In this document: positions 12,408 through 25,231 of the stretch, one piece after another
How positions within the stretch are numbered: the stretch's first letter is position 1
Layout of the letters: the number at the start of each line of letters is the position of its first letter
Assembly (NCBI RefSeq): GCF_009914755.1
Contig: NC_060938.1
Strand: one strand, 5' to 3'
Origin: the human T2T-CHM13v2.0 reference genome, Homo sapiens
DNA length: 64,000 nucleotides
Made by a program: the position numbers and the translations under genes
Notes under the pieces: model-generated
Seen by the model: only the letters and a program-made list of their open reading frames with translations
Database searches by the model: none
What the model was told of the DNA's origin: nothing

Positions 12408-13400
12408 ATGTTCCACCAGATATACAGACAAAAATGCAGGAACACAAGAAACATGAAAAAGGAAGAAAATATGACACCACCAAAGGAACACACTAACTTT
12501 CTGGTAAAAGACACCAAGGAAAAGGAAATCTATGAATTGCAAGAATGGAAATTCAAAATCATGATATTAAAGAAACACAGTGAGATACAAGAAAAGACAT
12601 ATAGACAATTCAGCAAAATCAGGAAAGCAATTTACAATATGAATAAGAAATTTAACAGAGTTATATATATTTTTAAAAAGCAGAAATCCTGCAGCTGAAG
12701 AATGCAATGAATGAAATAAAATATACAATCAAGAACTTCAACAGCAGCCTTGATTAAGCAGAAGAAAGAACTTGAGATAGGTTGTCTGAAATTACCCAGT
12801 CTGAGGAAAAATAGCAGAATGAAAAAGAGTGAAGAAAGCCTATAGAACTTGAAACAGCATTAAGGAAATAAATATTTACATTGTAGAGTTCCAGAAGAAA
12901 AGAAGAAAGGGGTTTTTTGAAGAAGAAAAAAAAACCGTATTTCATGGGATAATAGCTGAAAACATCCCAAGTCTTGGAATAAATATGGACAACTAGATCC
13001 AGGAAGCTCAGATACCCAAACATGTTCAACTCTAAAAGGTATTCCTCAAGGCATATTATAGACAAACTGTTAAATGTCAAAGATAAAAAGAGAATTCTAA
13101 AAACAGCAAGAGAAAAGCATCAAGATACATATAAGTGAATCCCCATTAGGCTAATAGCATATTTCTCAGCAGAAACCTTATGGGCCAGGAGAGAATGAAA
13201 TAACATTTTCAAAGTGATGGAAAAAAACTGTCAGACAAAAATACTATACCCAGCAAAGATATCCTATCCTATAGAAATGAAGAAGAAATAAAGTGTTTCT
13301 CAGATAAGTAAAAACTGAGGAACTAGACAGGCATCACAAGAAATGCTCAAGGCAGTCCTACAACTTGAAGCAAAAGGATGATAGCCACCATTGTGAAAAT
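12408..13400 (+). pseudogene. Decayed L1 ORF1p
   Basis: MKKEENMTPPKEH...KFKIMILKK; downstream ILKTAREK-like and SAETL-like motifs; frameshifts and stops. Confidence 0.8.
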
Positions 13401-15001
13401 ATGCAGAAGTATAAAACTTACTGGTAGAGAACATACACAAAGGAGAAAGAGAAAAGAATCAAACCTTATCACTACAGAAAAACCACCAAACCACAGTGAT
13501 AAACAATAAAAGAGGAAGAAAGGAACAAAGAATATACAAAACAACCGGAAAACAATTAACAAAATGACAGGAGTAAGTCCCTATCTAGCAATAATAACTT
13601 TGAATTTAGACCAAAAGATATAAACTGGCTGAATGGATTAAAAAAAAAAAAGACTCAACTGTATGCTGCCTATAAGGAACACTTTACCTGTTAAAAACAC
13701 ATAAAGACTAAAATTAAAGGATTAAAAAGTATTCCATGTAAATATAGGCCAGAAGAGAGCAGTAGTACTATACTTACATCAAATAAAACAGACTTTAAGT
13801 CAAAAATTATAAAAAGAGACAAGGAAGGTCATCAAATAATGAAAAAGGGGTAGTTCAGCATGAGGATATAACAATTGTGCATATATATGCACCCAACACC
13901 AGGACATCCACATATATAAAACAAATGTTATTGTATCTAAAAGGAGAGATATACCCCAATAGAATAATAGTTGGGAACTTCAACTCCCTACTCTCAGCAT
14001 TAGACAGATCATCTAGACAGCAAATCAACAAGGAAGCACTGAATTTAAACTGCACTTTAGACCAACTGGATGTAACAGACATTTACAGAACACTTCATCC
14101 AACAGTTGCATAATAAACACTTTTCTCATCAGCACATGGAAAATTCTCCAAGATAGACCATATGTTAGGCCACAAAACAAATCTCTACAAATTTTTAGAA
14201 ACTGAAATTCTGTTAAGCACCTTTTCTGACCACAATGCAATAAAACTAGACATCAATAACAAAAGGAACTTTTGAAACTATAAATACATAGAAATTAAAC
14301 AACATGCTTCACCATAATCATTCACCATCATCAAGTATATTTATCCCAGAGATACAAGGATGGCTTAACATGCAAATCAATAAATATGATATATCACATC
14401 AATCGAATGAAAGGCAACAACCATACAATTATATCAATAGATGCAGAAGAAGCATTTGATAATATTCAACAGCACTTCATGATAAAAACTCTCAAAAAAT
14501 TAGGTATAAAAGGAACATACCTCAACACAATAAAGGCCATATATTATACAAACACACAGCTAACATCTACTGAATAGGGAAAAGCAGAAAGCTTTTCCTT
14601 TAAGACCTGGGAAAGACAAGGACGCCCGCTCTTGCCACTCTTATTCATCATAATATTTGAAGTTCTAGCTATAGCAAATAGCCAAGAGAAAGAAATAAAG
14701 GGCATCCAAATTGAAGAGGGGGAGATAAAATTGTCCCTGCTTTCAAATTACATGATTTTATGTACCGAAAACCCTAAACGTCCCATCAAAAAACTGTTAG
14801 AACTTATTAACATATTCAACAATATGGAGAATACAAAATCAATATACAAAATCAATGAATTAGCTGAAAAAGAAATCAAGAAAGTAATTCCATTTACAGT
14901 AGCTACCAAAATATATACCTAGGAACAAATTTAACAAAGGAGGTGACGAATCTCTACAAGGAAAACTATAAAATACTGATGAAAGAAATTGACCACACAC
15001 A

Positions 15002-15003
<2 letters not shown>

Positions 15004-15054
<51 letters not shown>
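15004..15054. repeat. (CA)25 microsatellite inside L1 ORF2
   Basis: Perfect dinucleotide run. Confidence 0.97.
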
Positions 15055-15060
<6 letters not shown>

Positions 15061-15240
15061 CTTTTCATGTTCGTGGATTGGCAGAATGAATATTGTGAAA
15101 ATGAACATACTACCAAAAGTGATCTACAGGTTCAATGCAATTCCTATCAAAATACCAATGACATTCTTCACAGAAATAGAAAAAAAATACTAAAATTTAT
15201 ATGGAACTACAAAAGACCCCAAATAACCAAAGCTATTCAG

Positions 15241-15272
<32 letters not shown>
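15241..15272. repeat. (AAC)10 microsatellite
   Basis: Perfect trinucleotide run in L1 ORF2. Confidence 0.95.
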
Positions 15273-17048
15273 AACCCAAAGCTGGAAGCATCACATTACT
15301 TGTCTTCAAAATATACTACAAAGCTTTAGTAAGCAGAGCAGCATGCTGCTTGCACAAAAACAGACACATACACCAATGGAACAGAATAAAAAACCCAGAA
15401 GTAAATCCATGTATTTACAGCCAACTGATTTTTGACAAAGAACACCAAAAACACTCACGAGGGAAAGGAATCTCTTTAACAAATGGTGCTGGGAGAACTC
15501 AATATCCACATGCAGAAGAATACAACTAAACCCCCATCTCTCACCATGTACAAAAATCAAATAAAAATGCATTTGAGACTTAAACTTAAAACCTGAACCT
15601 ATGAAACTACCAGAAGAAAACATGGGGAAAACTTCAGGACATTGGACTGGGCAAAGATTTTATGGAGAAGACCTCAAAAGCACAGGTAACAAAGCAAAAA
15701 TAAACAAATGGGATTATACCAAACCAGAAAGCTTCTGCACAGTAAAGGAAACAATCAACCGAGCAAAGAGACAACCTGGAGAGTGGAAAACAGCTGCAAA
15801 TTAGTCATCCAACAAGGGACTAATATCCAGACTATACAATGAATTCAAACAACTCAACAGCAAAAAAGAAAAGAATCAGATTTTAAAATGGGCAAATGAG
15901 CTGAATAGACATCTCTCAAAAGAAGACATACAAATGGCCAATGGGTATATGAAAAAAATGCGCAACATCACTAATCATCAGGGAAATGCAAATCAAAACC
16001 ACAATGAGATATCATCTCAGCCTAGTCAGAATGGTTATTATCAAAAAAGACAAAAGATAACAAATGCTGGCAAGGATGTGGAGAAAGGGGAATTCTCATA
16101 CACTGTTGATGGGAATGTAAATAATACAGCCATTATAGATAACAACCAACACAGGAAACAGCATGGAGGCTTCTTACAAAAAGTAAATATTGAGGTACTA
16201 TGTGATCCATCCATCCAACTACTGAGTATATATCCAAAGGAAAGGAAATCATTATGTTGAAGCTGTATCTGTACTCTCATATTTATTGCAGCATATTCAC
16301 AATAGCCAAGATGTGGAATCAACCTAGGTGTCCATCAACAGATGAATGGATAAAGAAAATGTGGTGCATGTACACAATGGAATACTATACAGCCACAAAA
16401 AGAACGAAATCCTGTCAATCCTTTCATTCACAGCAACATGGATGAGCTTGGAGGACATGTTAAATGGAATAAACTAGACACAATAAAATAAATGCTGTAT
16501 GTTCTCCCTCATATGTGGAAGGTAAAAAAAAGTCGATGTCAGAATCAGAGAGTAGAACAGTGGTTGCTGGAGGCTGGGAAGGATAGAGGGAGGTGTGGAT
16601 AGTGAGAGGTTGATTAGCAGACATAAAATTACAGCTAGACAAGAGGAATAAGTTCCAGTGAATATTTCCAACACAAAGAAATAATACATGTTTAAGGTGA
16701 TAGATATGCTATTTATCTTGATGTGATCATTACACATTGTATACATATATCAAAATATTTCACTGTACTCCATAGATATGCACAATTATTATGTGTCAAC
16801 TAAAAATAATAAAGCAAAAAAAAGGAGTAGGAGTTTCTGAATTTCCATTTAGCTGTGGAAGCCTCATACTAGCCCAAGCTCATGTGGAACAGTCAAAAGC
16901 AGGAAAGCAGCTCTTGCTGAAGTAGAGGTAGGCTCCAGAGTCAGGGAAGTGACATTTTGATACTGGCCACTGTTTTGATGAAGGAACATTTTAATTCAGG
17001 AGAAGATACAATCCGTTAAACTTTTACCTTAAAATTTTACCAATTTTC

Positions 17049-17204
17049 AGTCACGTGTGATGGCACATGCCTATAGTCCCAGTTACTTGGGAGGCTAAGG
17101 TAGGAGGATCACCTGAGCCTGGGAGACAGAGGTTGTAGTGAGCCAAGATCACACCACTGCCCTCCAACCTGGGCAACCAAGCAAGGCCCTGTCTCAAAAA
17201 AAAA
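17049..17204 (+). mobile_element. Alu right monomer (FRAM or 5'-truncated AluJ)
   Basis: Right-arm sequence with A tail; TSD TTACCAATTTTC / TTACCAATTCTC. Confidence 0.85.
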
Positions 17205-17230
17205 TTACCAATTCTCTTTTAATTAGCAAA

Positions 17231-17749
17231 TGTAGTCAATTGAATAATAGCCCCCCTCCCCCGCAAAAAATAAGTTCACCTCCTCCTATCCCTAGAAGCT
17301 GTGAATATTACCTTAGGTGGTAAATAAGTGAATGTTACCTTATTTAGAAAAAGGAAATTTGCAGATAAAATGAAGTTAAAGAATTTGAAGATGAGGAGAT
17401 GATCCTGAATTATCTGGGTGGGCTCTAAATCTGATGACACCATCCTTATAGGAGACCAAAGAGGAGAAGGCACAGACACAGGTCATGTGAAAACAGAAGA
17501 GGCTGGTTTTATATAGCCACAAGCCAGGGTACACCTTGTACACCTGGTGTAAGGTAAGCCAGGTACACCTGGAGCCACCAGAAGCTAAAAGAGGCAAGAA
17601 AAAATCCTCCCTTAGAGCCTTCTGAGGAAGCACAGCCCTGATGACACCTTGATTCAGACTTATGGCCCCCAGAAGTGTGAAAGAATAAATTTCTGTTGTT
17701 TAAGCTACCAAGTGTGTGCTTGTTATAGCAGCGACAAGAATCTCATACA
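17231..17749 (+). mobile_element. Solo MaLR LTR, MLT1C-like
   Basis: TGTAGTCAATTGAATAAT...AATAAATTTCTGTTGTTTTAAGC...TCATACA. Confidence 0.85.
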
Positions 17750-19089
17750 CCAAGTAATATGAAAATCCAATAAGCCCACCCTATACCTGAGCATTACTGC
17801 ACTGCCAACACCATTTCAGGATGAAAAATTGAGGATAAGGTCAAGTTGAAGTATGCAGTAAGGGTGGGATGAGGTTCAGAGATGGAGTGAGATCCCAAAA
17901 TTTTCCAAGCCTTTACTTATGCTTTGGCATAAGTAAATTAAATTCTCTCATTCATCCATCAGAGTTAAAGACACTATGAGTATGATTTAGCCTCTTGTTC
18001 TCAGCTCCTGACTGCACAGGAAATTGCCAATTACTAGCAGTTAGGAATTTCTAGCAGTTCTCTCAGAACTTTTGGTAATATACATTTTCATTTCATAATA
18101 TCGCTATGCAATGCTGGTTTGGGGAGATAAGCCTGATGCTCCTAAGACTTGATCCCAGTTTAATCAGACTTATAAGAAATATCTTTAATATTATTTCCAA
18201 GTAAAAGTAATAAATATGTATAAAAATTCAAACAATAGATAAGTGAATAAAATAGAAAATGAAAATCACCATAACAGGGGTAGAGGTTGGAGTAGACTAA
18301 GAATTAAGGGTAGCTATTGCATACATTATTGATGATAAGGACCAGTGATTTTATTATTTTATAGGATTATTTTGTGCAGCCATGCCATGACAAAATACCT
18401 GCATTAAAATCACTGAGCCAAGATGAAACTTGCATCAAGGTAGCCATGTCAAAGTGCCCTGCTTTTCCTGGAGAACCGTCCACTGTCCCTGACCTTACAA
18501 CACCCAGGAAGTCCTTTAACAGACTCCCAGTAACTCCTAAGAAATCTTTGACCATAGTTTAAAAAACATTGAGTGAGACATTCTTAAAATGCCTCTCAGC
18601 TGTGACATTCAATAAATGTATGTGGATATGGATATGTTCAACAGACAGTCATAAAAAAACACAATGCAATAGAAAGCTACTGAAATGATACCCATAAACC
18701 AGTTAATGCCTGTCAGCAATCAGAAAACTAGTAGCTTCTGTCTCTATTTATACTTATGGTTGCAACTTAATGATGTTTTTACTTAACCGATGGCAGCTGT
18801 CTCCATGAAAAGCTATTAGCACATTAGGTCTTTATTGAAACTGACAAAGTAATAAATAATGTTTGTGACTTCTCTTTTGTTCACAAGGTTAATTGTTGTT
18901 TAATAATATTCTTGTGATGTGTTACAAGCTCCCAAGGAATTATACATGCAAACCATTAGACTAAAAACAGAAGCCTCAACAATCTACTCATTTACAAATT
19001 GTTGATAGATCTAAAACACAAAGATAGTAAAGTACCAGGTAATATGATGATTACCCAAGATTTTGCATTATTTCTAATTTTTAATTTAA

Positions 19090-19260
19090 ATCAATAGATG
19101 CTTATTTAGCAAAATACTAAGCTAGAAACTCAGGAGGTACAAAGATTTAAAAGACACTACTTCTGTTCTTAGGAAATGTCCAATATAGTTGAGACACTGT
19201 ACACATATTAGTGAATTATTTAACAAGCTGTATTCAGAGGATACAAAGAGAAAACTACGT
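19090..19260 (-). mobile_element. L2 3' fragment
   Basis: TCAATAGATGCTTATTTAGC...CTGTTCTTAGGAA resembles a reverse L2 tail. Confidence 0.45.
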
Positions 19261-19264
19261 CTAT

Positions 19265-19347
19265 TTGGTTGTAATATATGATCTTTTTTACATACTGCTA
19301 GATTTGGTTTGCCAAAATTTGTTTAGGATTTTTTAAGCCTATGTTAT
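19265..19347 (-). mobile_element. Short antisense L1 ORF2 (RT) fragment
   Basis: TACTGCTAGATTTGGTTTGCCAAAATTTGTTTAGGATTTT is the reverse of the [13 protein letters not shown] region. Confidence 0.6.
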
Positions 19348-20689
19348 TTGTTTAAGCCACTGTTTATCGGTTACTTTGCTACTTGCTGCCAAACACACCC
19401 TAAGTTACCTACCTGTGGTTGTTTAGGAGCCACTCCCTTCAAAGTGAAACAGGACCCGAGAGATCACCAATTCCAACCTCTCTGGCCTACCAGAGAGGAG
19501 GGTGGAGCCCAGAGAGATGAAGGAATTGGTCCAAACCACATGGCAGCAGCAAAGCCTCGACCAGGGCTCAGTTCCCCCAATTGTTCATTTCTTTGAGGCC
19601 TCAGAAGTTGGTTTCAGTTGTGCCAATACCGTCTTTTATAGTTTGCCCAGTTTGCACACAATACTTAAAATCCCAACACACAAATAAGACACAAAACAAA
19701 GATAGAAGGGGAAAAATGGTGATGATGATGATTGTGGTAGTAGCAATGGTGATGAAAATGGTGACATTAGATGTGTGAGGTCACCCGGTCAGTGGCTGCT
19801 AGTGTAAATGTGAATTCCAAGACTGGTCTGACTTCAGAGCCTGGATTCTAAACTGCAACACTACAGGCTATGCAGCTCTGGTAAACCCTGCCCACCCTGC
19901 AGGTCTATGGGAGCTGGACAGGGGCACTGAGAAGTCCTTGCTGATGGAGTCTGAGAAAGTCCCGAGAAAGACTCAGATTACTACAGTAGCCCCAAATGGC
20001 ATTTTTAATATTTTCGCTCTCTGTGGTGCATTCAGTTACCAAGACAATCATCTTAAATAAGAATTCCAGTGAAGCTCAGAGCAAATTAATTAGCCGTGCT
20101 GCAGACACATTAAGGCTCTGCAAGCAGTTACTATAGTAGGTAACCTTGCATGTTTCACAAAGTGTGGCATTTTCATTTCAGCCTATGTTGAATAATGAAT
20201 AATTTTTCCTGCCCCCTGCTAAACAGTGAATGATGAGAAGCCCTTTGGTAATTCAGTGATGTTGAATTAATCTGTTGGTAGATTATCCATATTTTCTCCA
20301 AAGCCACCATCCCCTTATTCTAGGTTTCTCCCACTTCCTGCCCCTCCTTCCCCGACAAATGCTATCACATACCTGGAAAGGAGATGGCACTCCATTCCCG
20401 AATACAGATCCAGCATCTGACAGCAATGCCAGCAGCGGGAACTTCCAGTGTGGGAATGTAGATGGGAGTGGTGCAACAGGCCACCTGGGCATTCCAGACA
20501 ATCCAGATACAGTGGTACTGCCCGGCAGCCTCAGCACCCACCCTGAATCCACCTGGCCGTGAGGCATCACGTGGCATTGCCTCCCAAGGAAAACAATCCC
20601 AACACCCTCTGTTGCTCTCAAGCCCCATCTCCTGCTTTATTTGCTTTCAGAAAAAAAATAATATATAGATATAAAATATATTATTTAGT

Positions 20690-20812
20690 ATTATTTCGCT
20701 CCACCATTGATGTAAATGCCATGATAGCAGGAACTTTGTTTTGTTCATGGCTGTCTCTCTAGCACCTAGAACAGTGCCTGGCACGTAAAGGTGCAAATAA
20801 TATTTGCTGAAT
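20690..20812 (+). mobile_element. L2 3' end
   Basis: AGCACCTAGAACAGTGCCTGGCAC...ATATTTGCTGAAT. Confidence 0.8.
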
Positions 20813-21089
20813 AGTTAAACTCCAAATGCATTTGCCAGTAATGTCAATTTTACTGAGGATTTCCTTGGGAGGTGGAAGACAGAAGGAAATTTTATCACGT
20901 GGCAAGACTTCACCCAGTCCCCTACCACATGTCTGTTCTCTGATCTAACTCCTCTCCTTTTTCCACCCAGCCTTCACAGATGCCCCTCAATTGTCCCAAC
21001 CATCCAGGAGATACATGCCCTACCATCAAAGCAAAACCCAGCATCACTGCACCTTCTCCTCACCTCCACCTTAGAAATCACTTCAGCCA

Positions 21090-21560
21090 AAGACAAAGCC
21101 ACCCCAACATCAACAGGGAACTGACTAAATAACTTATAATGCATTCATAAAGTGAATATTATACAGTTATCACAAAGAATTAGGTTGACAATAGACAGAC
21201 AGGTGATAACAATGACCAAGACATATTATTTAATGAAAAAAGCAAGGCATGATACCACATGTATACTATGCTTCTATATGTGTGTGTATATATATATGTG
21301 TGTGTATGTATATATATGTATTTGGGTATGTGTGTGGAGAGAGAGAAACATATATTAATATCTGCTTAGAAGATCTCTGAAAAGACAAAAGAAACTGTTA
21401 ATTGTGGCTGCCTTTAGGGAACAGTACCAGGAAAATGGGACAATTTTGGAAAGATATTTACTTTTTAGGGTTTAGGTTTTTTTGGTACTGTTTGAAGTTA
21501 CAGTTTTTTAGGGTTTTTAATTTGATGTGTTTGTGCTTTTATTAAAAAATTAAATAAACA
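21090..21560 (+). mobile_element. Old L1ME-type 3' end with internal (TA/TG)n
   Basis: CATCAACAGGGAACTGACTAAATAAC...GAATATTATACAG; AAACTGTTAATTGTGGCTGCCT. Confidence 0.6.
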
Positions 21561-22488
21561 CAATTACATACAAAACAAAAGTAAGAGTGCAGAGGAACAG
21601 GCAGTCAAATAGCCAACAATGCCATTGATTAATTTCAGCATGACTCTGAAATAACTCACCCAACCAAACAGGAATTTTGTGCCCTGGAGTGTCTACTGAT
21701 AACATAAGACTTATTCTATCTTTTTTTCATAGGAATTGAATCTCTACACTTCTATTCTCTGCCAGAGTGAAACCTCAAAGTACATAATGGCACCCTCCGC
21801 TGGATCCCAAGGCCAAAGAAACTCAATGAGTTGGTAATCAACTTAAAAATGCATTTGCTCCAGAGAAGCTATTTAGATTAACTTTGGAGTTGGTCTCCCT
21901 AGAATTTTTAGTTCCCCCAGCCATTCTTTTCCAGGAAAATAATTTTGAATCAGAATAAATTAGCCTTTGGGATAACAACACAATGTAATGAGTGTTTGTA
22001 AATATGTTACATTTATCAAGAACTCTCCAATCATGTCAATTGGTTTTCTGGAATATATTTCTCACTGAATTATTTATTATCTGCTGGTCCTGTTTCCTGT
22101 ATTCACCAGTTGCTAATATGTCCTATAAAGTTGTTAGGTCAATTGTTAGAATAAGAGAGAGCAAGAGCAAGTATTTTCTGTCTTTGTGTTAATTCCCAGG
22201 GAGGAATGCTACCTGTCCCCTGGAGGGTTCTCTGAACTCTCTTAGGAGGTGAGGGTGTTAGTTTTTGCCATGAGGTACTCTGGAAGCTGACACCCACCTT
22301 CAGTGGCTGACTGAGCCATGCTTAAGAGACAATGAGGGACAGTAAGGAGTTAAGTCAGTATCCAAAAAATGTCCCATCAGGGTCTTCCTCATCTCCCACA
22401 GATTCTGCTAGGGCCCTCACCTACACCTACACAAACACTTAACCAGTACCAAGATCTCTATATCCTGTCTCTTTGACTGAGTTAGTCA

Positions 22489-22886
<398 letters not shown>

Positions 22887-23831
22887 TTAAGGTGATTCCA
22901 CAGTATTTGGTGCCATCAAGGAGACCATGGTGGAAAGAAGGCTGCCTTTCTTACTGCCAAGGAAAAAATAGGTTGGATTTTATGCTTTCAAGCTAGCAGA
23001 AAAGAGAAGGGGCTGCAGTAAGGACTCAATAGCACATCTTGTGCTATCTGATTCTGGGTAAGTTAGATGGAAACTGCCAGCACAGATGTAGGTGAGTCAA
23101 GCACTGCAAACAAGTGTAGGTTCATATCTCCATAACTTTCTCTTTTGCATCTTCCTGAAATTAAAGAAAAATTGCTAATGTAATCAGCAAATTCCCAGAT
23201 CATTTACCATTACAGAGAATAAATAATGTGGCATTTTAATTTAGTCTGATTAGCTAATAAAAGAGGTGCCATTTAGAGATGAATGATCCCCTACTTCTAG
23301 CCTTATAACTTTGTTCCTGTAATTTAAGGCCTTGGCAGTCATTTGCAAATCATTAAAGTCAGAGCCCACTTTAAACTCTTATCAGTCATTTACACCTAAG
23401 TGTGAATTAACATATATTACGACCCACCTCCCCCCACCAAAGAATAACTTTCATGGTGAGGAAGAGGAACAGAGAATGGTCCTGAGCATTTGAGGGAGTT
23501 GGAAAAGAGGTGCCACCAAAGAGTTGGGTAACTGGGAAGAAAAGAGGGGAAGTACAAAATCAGCATCGAAGACAAATTTCACCATTTTTCTTGGGGAGCA
23601 GGCTTAAGGGCAGCAGAGAGTTTTGGCGACCTCAGGTGTTTCTGTGCTCTGTTTGGTGGTAGAGAGCATGGCATTTTCTGATTCATATAACCACACGATC
23701 TTTAGAGGAGCCTCATTCATGGGTGTCTGCTAACTGCCCAAGCTGCGGTTGTTCTTGGCCCATTCCTCTAGCAGCAGAACAGCAGAACCTCACTCTAAAG
23801 TTTTGCAGGACTCATTCATTGCTGCAGAGTG

Positions 23832-23927
23832 TTACCTCCACCTGGCCACTTTCTCTTCTCCTAACCACAGTAATATGCATTACCTCCACCTGGCCACTTT
23901 CCCGTCTCCTAACCACAGTAATATGTA
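23832..23927. repeat. 48-bp tandem duplication (2 copies, 3 mismatches)
   Basis: TTACCTCCACCTGGCCACTTTC...CTAACCACAGTAATATG at 23832-23879 and 23880-23927. Confidence 0.95.
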
Positions 23928-24509
23928 CCTTGAACACTATACGATAAATATAGAATTCACAATGGTTTAAAAATTCATTTGCATGGTCTGTTATTGGCAA
24001 CTTCTTGAAAAAACACCTCTAATGCTAAATGTGACTTGATGAAGGAAACCAATATTGGACTAGATTCCAGTTGGCTTCCACAGCCAGAGTTCTGATATTT
24101 AAGCACCCGGCCATGAACCATCTTTCTTATTTCTCTTTCTCTCTTACCTCTTCTCCTACCTTTTCCTGCTCTCCTCCTGTGCTTCCTGGCTTTTTGCTGA
24201 CAGAGTTGTCTATTATGGCTGTAACTAGCCAATGAAAATGAATTTTTCTTTCTGGGCTGGTAAAATGACTAATCATAAGGCACTGCCTATGACTTTGCAC
24301 CTTAAGCCCTTGGCTATTTTCCACAGAGCTTATACTAGTGTTTTTAAAGTTTCCTAAGGGCTTGTGATAGTCCTGGGAGTCTATGAGTGCTGGATGTTGT
24401 TGTGATACCACACAGAGCCTTCCTAACACTTGCTGATTGACACGAGGTAAAGCCACAGTCACAATTTCCAAAAATGAGGTGATTATATTACAGTAAACAA
24501 AGTCCTATA

Positions 24510-24660
24510 TTTATCTAGAGCCTTCCATACATTATTATCCTGTTTGATCTTCTTAATAACCTTGTGATATAGGCAGGACAAAAACTATGTTAGTCCCACT
24601 TTATATTTAAGGATCAAAATCAGAGAAACTAAGTGAGTCAACTACACAAAATTAATACAT
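24510..24660 (-). mobile_element. MIR fragment
   Basis: TTTGATCTTCTTAATAACCTTGTGATATAGGCAGG...CCCACTTTATA. Confidence 0.6.
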
Positions 24661-24896
24661 TTCAGAGTGTGTCATCCTGCCAGTCATCCAACCAATTATT
24701 TAATCTCACTCATGAAGGTATTACCATGTATGAGTAGTGACTCTTTAATAACTATCAAGATCTACCAAATAAGTAACATGTTAGCTTGGCTGGGATTGCA
24801 TTGATTAAAGACTGCATTTCATGGGGCCTTAAACTATATCCAAACAGCTTTTCTCCAAAGCAAAAGAATGGTTTCTGTCTAAAGAATTGTCTTTGA

Positions 24897-25231
<335 letters not shown>

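Larger units (their letters stand above)
13564..16520 (+). pseudogene. Decayed L1 ORF2p (EN, partial RT, C-terminal)
   Basis: IYAPN, IIVGNFNSLLSALDRS, TDIYRTLHP (EN); [11 protein letters not shown] (RT); WNQPRCPSTDEWIKKMW (C-terminus). Confidence 0.9.
9915..16821 (+). mobile_element. Full-length L1MA-class LINE-1 (L1MA2/3-like 3' end) with ~1-kb internal ORF2 deletion
   Basis: 5' CAAGATGGCC (YY1 site), long 5'UTR, ORF1 and ORF2 relics, L1MA-type 3'UTR and A-rich tail; TSD AAGGAGTAGG (9903-9912 / 16822-16831). Confidence 0.9.

Noticed and set aside
14989-15435. ORF with (HT)n and poly-N tracts
   Set aside because: Translation of (CA)n and (AAC)n microsatellites inside L1.
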